A stretch of 64,000 bases of DNA from Octopus vulgaris (lineage: Eukaryota), in NCBI GenBank assembly GCA_951406725.2, contig OX597826.1, forward strand, positions 71,238,001 to 71,302,000. The letters are read 5' to 3'. Made by a program: the position numbers and the translations under genes. Under the pieces are notes generated by a model that was not told the DNA's origin, searched no databases, and saw only the letters and a list, made by a program, of their open reading frames with translations. This document shows positions 53,761 through 64,000 of this stretch, piece by piece (within the stretch, counting starts at the first letter, position 1; the number at the start of each line of letters is the position of its first letter).

Positions 53761-55141
53761 GTACAAGCACCCCACATAGCATATACGATGGAGATTCAGC
53801 CACTCTGCTTGGCTGGGTGGGATCAGTGATCACCAGTGAGAAAAGAGTTCGGACGAAAGGTGCCGTGGTGATGGTGAAGCGCCGTCTAGGAGTTCTGGGA
53901 GAATTGATTGCCAAGTTCGGACTGAAGCTGAACGTGGTTTTCGTGCCTTCGAAGAGAAACAGGGCAGATGCACTGACCAGGGTGAAAAGGGCGCGGTTGG
54001 AGGAACCGGAGGAGGCAAAGAAAGGGATAGCTACGGAGTATCAGTTAGATGACTCCGAACTGAAGAGACTACACGCTGTGCATCACTTGGGTGTGAACAG
54101 GACTCTGTATGTCGCAAAGATGATTGATGCTGACATCACTATGAGAAGCATCCGGAAAGTGGACGGGAACTGCGATAGGTCTCAGTCCATTGACCCTGCT
54201 CCGTGTGGGCATGAGCAAGGAAACCTTTCGATGGAGCAGAACTGGAAGAGACTAGCTGTGGATGTGATGCACTACTGTCAGGGAATGTATCTCTCCATGG
54301 TCGACTGCAGGCCGGGCCGGCTGGCCATTTGGAGGGAGTTGAGGACGGGCGTTACTGACGAGATTTTGAACAGGATATTTTTAGAGAGGGGTCCCGTGGA
54401 AGAATTGCTAATGGACAACGAGGCGGCGTTTCGTTCGGAAGCGTTGAGGGATATGCTCGACCGGTGGAAGTGCGTCGCTTGTTCAGAGCAGCGTATAGGC
54501 CGAGCGGTAATGGAATCGTAGAAAGGCACCATCGGATAGTAAAGGCCATTGCGGAAAGAGGGCACATTTCACCGCTGGAAACAGTTTTCTGGTACAACAT
54601 GTCTCCCCGATCCGGACAAGCTGAAGAATCTGTGCCACACAGAGCACTATTTAAATACAAATGGAGGCATCCGAGTAAAGCGCTGGAGTGTCACGAGGAA
54701 GCGAAGGGACCCCCTGCATGAAAATAGGGGAGGAAGTCTGGGTTAAGCTACCGAAAGCTCGCTGTACGTCTCAATGGAGCAGAGGAATGGTGACGGCAGT
54801 CAATTCCAGAAACAACGTCTCCGTGGATGGAATGCCGCGACACGTCTTGGACCTTCGCAGGATTGTCGCTTCGTTGGATGACGATTATGGAGAGGAGGAG
54901 AACGAGGTGCCTAGCCTGAGAAGATCTCGACGTGCAAGGTGCCCCCAGTTGGATGATGGACTTCGACGTGGAGTAGAGGGAATGTGATCTTTAAGATCAG
55001 GGTGGCATGTGGGATGACGTCAGCAGCTGGGGAGCTGACTGGAAGAGAAGGGGCGCAGCGGTGACGCGTGCGCAGGCAGGAGACGATTGGGCATTTTCGA
55101 TCGGGGAAACTGACAGTGCTTGACATGTGAGCGCTTCGACA
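53761..55141 (+). mobile_element. Gypsy-type LTR retrotransposon 3' part: RNase H end, integrase, PPT and putative 3' LTR (54983-55141)
   Basis: NRADALTR; HHLGVNRTLY; WKRLAVDV; LLMDNEAAF; AYRPSGNGIVERHHR; purine tract before TGTGA; putative end CA. Confidence 0.8.
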
Positions 55142-55760
55142 AGGTTAGGGAAAGCAGCTGCTATTTTTAGCGTTCGGGTCGGGCCACATGGAAGGGTGCA
55201 TTATCACCGGGGAGGTCTGCGTCAACGAAGAGAAGGTAGGTGTCTTATTTCAAATCTCCTGCATACACCACAGGGGAATCATTTGGGTGTCGTGTGTGTC
55301 TGCAGGGGGTGGGAGAGAGATTTTTCTTGTTGGTGCTAGGTTAGAATTGGTGATTTTCCTTTATGGTACATTTTTTTGGTTACCGTATCCCAATCTTTCC
55401 AATGTTTCATTGTTTACGGGAGCTTGGGCATTTCTTTCCTGCGCTGGAGTTTTAGAAGCTTCTACGTTTCGAGTGGGGCACTGTGCTCTTATGTAGCCCT
55501 TTTCGCCACATTCAAAACAACGAGGCCTTCTCCCCTCGATTATGACACGCAATGTGGTTTCTCACTGATTATATTTTCTGCTATCTCACCTAAATGTTGA
55601 GATTCAGCTTGAATTATTATCTCAAGTCCTTGGCCTTTCTAGTTTTGTTGTTCAATCAGGGTGGCTTCGAGTATTGTTATTTTCTCCTCTGATCCCATAA
55701 GAGCCGCACACAGCCAGGTAACGTTTATTTCCAGCAGGATTTCCTCCACTTAATCTTATT
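55142..55760 (-). mobile_element. L1/Tx1-like ORF1 remnant with a zinc knuckle
   Basis: EGRRPRCFECGEKGYIRAQC (CX2CX4[H>Y]X4C). Confidence 0.6.
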
Positions 55761-56179
55761 CAAAAATACAGACCACAACTCAACATACTCTAACGTACCC
55801 CCTCAGGTACACACCCAAAACAAACACACACAGAAACACATACAGATATACAAAGTCACATACACCCAAAAACAATGCAAACCTCTGATGCAAACACACA
55901 TACATATACACACATGCACAAACACAATATCCCCACACTAGAGCACAAACCTACGCACATTCCAAGAAAAAACACATACATATGTACGCTTGCAATACGA
56001 TCCTAGCAACCATAACCAACACTCACACACACACACACACATACGTAAACACGTACATACACATACCTACACACACCACTCTGACAATTACAAATCACAT
56101 AAACACACCCACACATACACAGATACACACAAACATACAAATACAACACAGCCCACACAAACACACACACACATATATG

Positions 56180-59075
56180 CACGGAAGCCAGCCAGCTGCT
56201 CTGGCAGCGATCACGCTCGAATGGTGCTCTTAGCGCTCCACTGGCATGGGTTCCAGTCATCGAATTTGATTCGATTTCAGTTTCACTTGCCTCAACAGGT
56301 CTTCACAAGCAGAGTTTAGTGTCCAATGAAGGAAAGGTACACATAAGTGGGCTGGTTACACCCCTGGCATAAGCCATGGGTTATGGTCTCATTTGGCTTG
56401 CTGGGTTTTCTCACACTGCATATTTCCAAAGGTCTCGGTCACTAAGTCATTGCCTTGGTGAAGCCTAATGTTCGAAGGTCGTGCTTCACCACCTCATTCC
56501 AGGTTTTCCTGGGTCTACCTCTTCCCCAGGTTACATCAACCACTAGGGTGTGGCACTTTTTTCACACACCTCATCCATTCTCCCACATGACCATACCAGC
56601 GCAGTCATCTCTCTTGCACACTACATCTGATGCTTCTTAGGTGCAACTTTTCTCTCAGAATGCTTACACTCTGCCGTGTATGCACATTTACATTATACAT
56701 CCATTGGAGCCTACTGGCTTCATTCCTTGCGAGCTTACACATGTCCTCAGCAGTCACGGCCCATGTTTCACTGCCATGTAGTATGGCTGTTTGTACACAT
56801 GCATCATACAGTCTACCTTTTACTCTGAGTGAGAAGCAGAGTTAAGAGCTCTCTGAACTTTGCCCAGGGTATTCTTATTCTAGCAGCTACACTTTCGGTG
56901 CACTCTCCCCCGCTACTGATTTGTCACCTAGGTAACAGAAGCTATCAACTACTTCTAGTTTTTCTCAATGGAATGTGGTGGAAGTTGTTCTCTGTACATT
57001 TTCAGTGTTTATTGCTCCCGAGCATCTGCCACATACAAAAACTATCCTCCCAGTTAGCCTTCCTTTGATATTACTGCAACTCTTATGTGTACATAGCTTA
57101 TACTGTGTACATCTTATAGAGTTTCTATCTATGCCTTTTCTGCAGGTCGAGCAAGGCCATCTACCTGAAGGGACTTGTTGTTTATCTGCCTTCCTACTTA
57201 TTAGGACTTTGGTTTTAGCTAGGTTGACTCTAAGGCCCTTCGATTCTAATCCTTGCTTCCACACCTGAAACTTCTCCTCTAGTTCTGATAGTGAATCAGC
57301 AATTAGAGCAAGGTTGTCAGCATAGAGGAGCTCCCAGGGGCATCCTGTCTTGAATTCCTCTGTTATTGCCTGGAGGACTATGATAAATAGGAGGGGGGTG
57401 AGGACTGAACCTTGGTGGACCCCTACCTTTACCCTGAATTCTTCACTGTACTCGTTGCCAACCCTCACCTTACTGACAGCATCCCTGTCTGTACATGTCT
57501 TGCACAGTTCTCTCTAACCATTTATCTATCCCTAGTTTCCTCATTGACCACAAGATAAGGGGATTGGGGGATCCTGTCAAAGGCTTTCTCCATGTGAACA
57601 AAAGCCAGGTACAGGGGCTTATCTTAGGCTAGGTATTTCTACTGCAGCTCTCTTACCAGAAATATAGCATCAGTGGTGCTTTTCCCTGCCATGAAACCAA
57701 ACTGCATCTCATCCAAACTGACTCTCTCCGTAATTAGTTGGGCTATGACCCTCTCCGTGACCTTCATTACCTGATCCAACAACTTGATACCTCTATAATT
57801 ATTTGTATCTAAAGTGTCACCTTTACCTTTGTAATAGTTGACTATGGTGTTGCTACACCAGTCATTGGATATGACTCCTTTGTATATCACCTGGTTAACT
57901 ATACGGGTGACTAGGCTATAGCCAACACCACCAGATATTTTGAGCATCTCTGCAGTAATTCCTGATGGGCCAGGGGCTTTCCCTGTCTTCATACTCTTAA
58001 TTTCCTTATTTACCAAGGTACTGTCAATTCAGATTGCCAGTCCCTCTGTTGGGTCGACATTCAGCAGACTCTCTTTCTCCCATTCATTTTCTTTATTGAG
58101 CAACCTTTCATAGTGGCATCTCCAAACCTCTCTCTTTGCAGCCTCGTTTAGTGCAAGTGAATCATCATCCATGCAGACACATTTCTCTCCTACAACATCA
58201 CGATTCTCTCTCACACACTGTTTTGCAACACGAAATACCTCAAGGCTTTGTTCCTCATGGCACAGGACGTTGGCAAATTTTTTCTCATCTACTTTCCCTC
58301 TAGCTAAATAAACCTGTCTCCTAGCCTTCCTTCTAGCAGTCGGATACAATTCCCTGCTATCACCATCCTTCCAGTCCTTCCAAGCCTGTTTCTTTTCTCT
58401 AATATTCCTGTCAACAACACCGTTCCACAACCATGTAATTTTGGGTCGTGAGGGGACTTTGCACCATCTACAGATCTGGTCAGTGGCCCTCAGCGGGTTG
58501 TCCCGTAGAAACCGCCAATTGTCTTCTACATCGTGTGAAGCTATATCCCCTTTTATTTCATCAAAGGCTTCGAGTAATATGTCTCTAAATTTCTGTCCCT
58601 TTGCAGGATCTTTAAGCTTCCAGACCCTTCTCCTCTATGCTGGTCGTCTTCTGGGCATCCATTTAGCCCTGATCCTGAAGTCGCTAACTACCAATCTATG
58701 TTGTAGGGTACATTCTTCGCCTGGGAAGGTTTTGGCATTTATAAGCAGCCATCTTTCCCTTTTTCTGGCAAGGATGTAGTCAATTTGGCCAGTGTCTCTG
58801 CCAGAACAGTAGGTGACTAGGTGACTGGCAGGTTTCCTGAAGTTAGTATTGCAAACCATAAGATCATTTGCATTGCAGAACTCCAGCAGCCTGGTTCCCT
58901 CCTCATTGCATGTACGCGATAGAAGCCCCCTGCATGTTGTCCAACATGTCCATTGAATTCACCAGCCACAAAGAGATGGTCCCTGTCACTCGTCAACGAG
59001 GTAGTCTGCAAGAGGGTGTCATAAAATCGGTCTTTCTGTCCATCAGGTAGCATAGGCCGAGATAATGGTTGCTAA
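56180..59075 (-). mobile_element. RTE-clade LINE, 5'-truncated and decayed
   Basis: GEFNGHVG and QIDYIL (APE); NYRGIKLL, QFGFM, GVHQGSVLTPLLF and YADNL (RT); its 3' UTR matches the abundant short RTE-tail repeats. Confidence 0.92.
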
Positions 59076-60610
59076 TTCATGATGCCAGAGAGGGGATGCC
59101 AGAGTTAGGGTGGTTAGAACACGAGGAAGAAAAATATCCTTTTGGAATTTGGGTAGTATAATTTAACGAAACAGCAAATGTTGATAATAGTAAAATAGAG
59201 TTGAAAAATCTGAGAGTTTTCAGTCAGCCAATCTAGGACAAAATTGGAGAAATAAGTGACTGTGTGATAAACTTGAATGAATGAATATGTTGCAGTTAAG
59301 GATATGTGTGATCTAAGGTTATCTTACAAGATCTTAAGGCAACAACAAGGAAGACAAAACTATTGAAACTATATTTATATGTTGACATGGTTATGAAATA
59401 GAGAGAATAATGGAAAAAACTAATAAGGTGTTTGTGATCTGCGCCGAAATAGAAAAGTAAGTGAACGGGGTTGAAAAGACAAAACTTCTTATCTGAGCAT
59501 CTTCTGAGATTCGTATCACAAAACTTCTTCAGGAAACTGGCCCTGTGCTTCTTCTGGAGTAAAGTGGACTCATACATACTTTTAAGAAATTATCAAGTTT
59601 TTTTTGTTGTGCTACCAAGTCTATGAAGAGGAAACAAACATCCAAAAGCAAGGCTTTTACAGGGATGAAAAGTCATTGGAGATTGGGGGAAAGAACTTTT
59701 ATCATTTGAATCAGATAAAAACACTGTCAACATGCTTTTGAATATCCTTGATAACTTCCTTTGTTTATGACCCAATCAGTTATCTGAATGAAATACAACT
59801 CTGCCCTCAGTTGGATAATTGGAGACTAACTGTGAACGATACTTGTCTAAAATCACTCATTCATGAATAAATAACTTTTTTTAGTGAATCATACCATTCA
59901 GTCGGGTCTCCTGGATTTTTTACAGGTATAGCGAGAGAGGTCACCATAACTTTCCCACAATATTTTACAGCAAACAATAAAAAAAATCGTTATAAAACCT
60001 AACTCTTTAACGTGTCATGTATTGACATGTATTTCTAATGTATTAATTTCTCTTATAATGTTTCTTAGAAAACTATCAGCTTACTATTTTCGATCTTTTA
60101 TCTATTTTCGTATCTATTTTTGAGTTACTTCACAAATTTTCCAAGAAAAGAAATTAGAACAGGATTGAAAATATAGTTCGTGGAAAAACCAGATTTTGAA
60201 TATATAGGTCAGCTATAGTTGTTTACCATCCAGCAAATGAGTTACTGCGTTTTATATTTTTGTAAAGTTAATAGTTGTCTTTGTTGTTGTTGCTAACTTT
60301 ATTTTTGGCTATATATCACATAAAACGTTTCTATATGTGATATATCGGAGCAATCGAAGAGGCAAGTAAAATGTTAAAAATCTTTAAATAAGTACTTGAT
60401 ATAAAACTGTGTGATAAAACAAGTTGTGACATGTAATAATATATCTTTGGAGGGATCGATCTGCCAATAAACCAAACTATCTATAATTTATATATATAGA
60501 TTAATCATCATGGTGATGATGATGATGATGATGATGATGATTAACTGGCAGTTGTAGCTACTTTGTCTATGTATGTACGTATCTATGTACTGTGTAGATA
60601 AGGTAGCTAT

Positions 60611-61008
60611 ACTCTTTACTCTTTTACATGTTTCAGTCACTCGACTGCGGCCATGCTGGAGCACCGCCTTTAGTCGAGCAAATCGACCCCGGGACTTATT
60701 CTTTGCAAGCCCAGTACTTATTCTATCGGTCTATTTTGCCGAACCGCTAAGTGACGGGGACGTAAACACACCAGCATCGGTTGTCAAGCAATGCTAGGGG
60801 TACAAACACAGACACACAAACACATACACATACATACATATATATGACAGGCTTCTTTCAGTTTCTGTCTACCAAATCCACTCACAAGGCATTGGTCGGC
60901 CCGGAGCTATAGCAGAAGACACTTGCCCAAGATGCCACGCAGTGGGACTGAACCCAGAACCATGTGGTTGGTTAACAAGCTACTTACCACACAGCCACTC
61001 CTGCGCCT
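60611..61008 (-). mobile_element. SINE family A
   Basis: Full-length reverse match. Confidence 0.9.
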
Positions 61009-61993
61009 ATGTACATAAAGTTTCTATCTATGTACTTATCTATAAGACAAAGAAATCCTTGAACACATCTTTGTTTCTGTGCCAACTCTGCTTTCAGCAT
61101 CAGTTTACACAAAAGTTCAAAGTGAAAATTTATGAAATATTTGCAGTTTCGGACATTAGAGTCTCAGCCCTTATCAGACTTGCATCAGAGGTGCGTTCTT
61201 ACATTGGGCGTCTTCCAGACCCTTTTTTTTTTTGTTGCTTTGTTTGTTTATATCAGGAGGAAACAAAAAGTAAATAAAAGTATGGTAAAGGGGATGAATA
61301 ATTAACATAAAGAACATGTGAGAAGAAATGGATGAAGGGGAAGAAGAGGAAGGGAAAATGGAAAAGGTGGAGAAAAACAGGAAGACAAAGATGATGAGGA
61401 GGATAGAAAGAAGGTGGAAAAAGAAAAGCTAATTGGATATCTGGATGAAGGGTAGTACATAGCCATCAGTATGAAATTTTAATTAATGGGTGAAAAATTA
61501 AAAAAAATTAATTCAATTTATCATACCGTAGCCAGTACCGCATCGACTGGCCTCCGTGCTGAGGGCACGTAACAAACACCATCCGAGCGTGGCCGTTCGC
61601 CAGCCTCGTCTGGCACCTGTGCCGGTGACACATAAGAAAACACCATCCGAGCGTGGCCGTCTGGTACCTGTGTCGGTGGCACATAAAAAACACCATCCGA
61701 GCGTGGCCGTCTGCCAGCCTCGTCTGGCACCTGTGTCGGTGGCACATAAAATCACCTAATACACTCTCGGAGTGGTTGGCGTTAGGAAGGGCATCCAGCT
61801 GTAGAAACACTGCCAGATCTGACTGGCCTGGTGCAGCCTTCGGGCTTGCCAGACCCCAGTTGAACCGTCCAACCCATGCTAGCATGGAAAGCGGACGTTA
61901 AACGATGATGATGATGATGACAAAAGGGAAAGATGGGTGAAATTGAAAACAATACAAATATTGTGAAAAAAAAAAAAAAATTATACTGCAGTC

Positions 61994-62065
61994 AGCAGAG
62001 TGGCGCAGTGGAAGTGTGCTGGGCCCATAACCCAGAGGTCCATAGATCGAAACTACGCTCTGCTA
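61994..62065 (+). tRNA. tRNA-iMet-CAT: Initiator tRNA-Met (CAT), possibly a pseudogene
   Basis: AGCAGAG...CTCTGCTA acceptor stem with A1:U72, GGG-CCCATAA-CCC anticodon arm, ATCGAAA T-loop, T6 run just downstream; T-stem mismatch and an extra D-stem wobble. Confidence 0.85.
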
Positions 62066-62080
62066 GATAGACTTTTTTAT

Positions 62081-62484
62081 AGGTGCAGGAGTGGCTGTGT
62101 GGTAAGTAGCTTGCTAGCCAACCACATGGTTCCGGGTTCAGTCCCACTGTGTGGCATCTTGGGCAAGTGTCTTCTGCTATAGCCCCCGGGCCGACCAATG
62201 CCTTGTGAGTGGATTTGGTAGACAGAAACTGAAAGAAGCCTGTCGTATATATGTATGTATATATGTGTGTGTGTGTTTGTGTGTTTGTGTTTGTCCGCCT
62301 AGGATTGCTTGACAACCGATGCTGGTGTGTTTACGTCCCCGTTACTTAGCGGATATCCAAAAGAGACCGATAGAATAAGTACTGGGCTTACAAAGAATAA
62401 GTCCCGGGGTCGATTTGCTCGACTAAAGGCGGTGCTCCAGCATGGCCGCAGTCAAATGACTGAAACAGGTAAAAGAGTAAGAGT
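62081..62484 (+). mobile_element. SINE family A
   Basis: Full-length match. Confidence 0.9.
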
Positions 62485-63274
62485 ACCATAATTATTAATG
62501 ATAATAAAGACAATAATATTAGTATCATAAACGATAGTAAGAATAACAATAGCATGATTAATGATGGGAAACAGTCTGGACAGGAAGACCAAAGAATAGA
62601 AGTTTGTGACGTGGCTGGAAATGCGCAATAACTCACATGACACAACGACCCTGGTGACTCAGAATGCTACATGTTCGGATATAAAAGCAAAAGTGAAAGA
62701 GGATGGAAAAAAACTAATGGGAGTGGTCAAGAAATTTATATATTTTGAGTGAATGTATCGCTGATAATGGTATCAGGTGAATTAAAGAGTCATAGGAAAT
62801 AAAATGTAGGGGGTGAAACATTAATACTTGGTTGGTCATATAGATATAACAACTGTATAAAGGAGACTACAGGAAACAGCTTTTGAAGTAAAATATATGA
62901 GGTATACTCTTTACTCTTTTTTTCTTGACTGTGGCCATACTGGAGCACTGCCTTTTGTTGAGCAAACTGACCCCAGGACTTATTCTTTGTAAGCCTAGTA
63001 CTTATTCTATCGGTCTCTTTTGCTGAACTGCTAAGTTACGGGGGCGTAAACACACCAGCATCGGTTGTCAAGCGATGTTGGGGGGGGGGGACAGACAAAT
63101 GGATTAAGTCGATTATATTGACCACATTGCATAACTGGTACTTAATTTATTGACCCCGAAAGGATGAAAGCAAAGTCAACCTCGGTGGAATTTGAACTCA
63201 GAACGTAGCGGCAGACGAAATACCGCTCAGCATTTCGCCCAGTGTGCTAACGTTTCTGCCAGCTCGCCACCTTT

Positions 63275-64000
63275 TAGTCATAGTTCTGTATATGAAATCA
63301 TCCACGACAAACATTGCATCTGTAAAGTCTGTGTGAGTTGGATACCAAGAGAGCTTGGCATATGGACAGTTGAGTGGAGATCTGTCAATGCTTAATTAAC
63401 CACTATTACAATGAAGGCGAAGCAGTTTTTGGAGAGAGTGGTCACAAGAAATGAAACCTGAACCCATCACTTTGAGCTAATACAGGTGGTAGTTTCCCAT
63501 ATATTTGTACTTTGGTTGGATGATGCTTCCACGAGAGATTTTGAGCTCTCATAAGGAGGCGAGTGTAAGTTCCATCCAACCACCTCTCAAGCTTCCTTGA
63601 TAACTATCACCTGTATCATCTCTTGTGAAAGGTAGAAGAGTCCAGTTTGCTGGACATTGTTGTAGAGCTGAAAACCAGGTAATTTCTACTCTTCTCCTCT
63701 GGAAGCCACCTGCTCGCGATACCAGAGGGCGCACACTCTCCTACCCTGATGTAATCTCCAGGGATACAGGCATCCGGCAACAGGACCTCCGTAATGCTAT
63801 GGTGGACCGTGAGGTCTGGCGTAACATAGTAAATTCCATTGTCTCGACCACGGTGGAACAATGATGATGATGATTGAGCTAACATCTAAAAGGCGGAGTA
63901 TGGAATGGAAACACCTGGAATTGGCAGCAAAAAACAAAATCCAAATCTCAACCTTCCACATGAAAAATCGATGTTAACCATTTCTTGGGGATGCAAAAGA
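63275..64000 (+). pseudogene. Decayed mariner transposase fragment interrupted by an RTE insertion
   Basis: SVYEIIHD...KVCVSWIPREL; HHFE|LTSKRRSMEWKH resumes after the insertion. Confidence 0.65.
63481..63873 (+). mobile_element. 5'-inverted RTE-type LINE fragment with 9-bp TSD
   Basis: RRVQFAGHC...DREVWR, (TGA)n tail; TTGAGCTAA at 63472-63480 and 63874-63882. Confidence 0.8.

Overview
AT-rich, repeat-saturated animal DNA. The SINE families, RTE LINEs and long (TA)n arrays look like a coleoid cephalopod, probably Octopus (recognised by eye, not verified). Nearly all ORF-track entries are microsatellite or SINE artefacts. Real content: (1) the 3' end of a plus-strand gene built from 13-27 nt micro-exons inside a ~4.5-kb tandem duplication (1.5-11.0 kb); (2) a possible spliced minus-strand transcript starting near 47.3 kb; (3) a slightly decayed initiator tRNA-Met; (4) decayed RTE, CR1, L1/Tx1-like, CRE-like, Gypsy and mariner elements, plus Helitron-like elements, TTAA MITEs and SINEs. 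The standout is a 1.5-kb insertion at 50317-51841 with a 15-bp target-site duplication. It holds 3.6 near-identical 360-bp units plus one inverted partial unit. The three complete units and the inverted unit each carry a type I hammerhead ribozyme with a CCGAUGA core, giving a retrozyme/Penelope-like multimer that may come from rolling reverse transcription of a circular RNA. Seven other Penelope-type hammerhead loci occur in the window, including G3:C8, U3:A8 and C4 core variants. One of them shares a second covarying RNA structure with the 360-bp unit.
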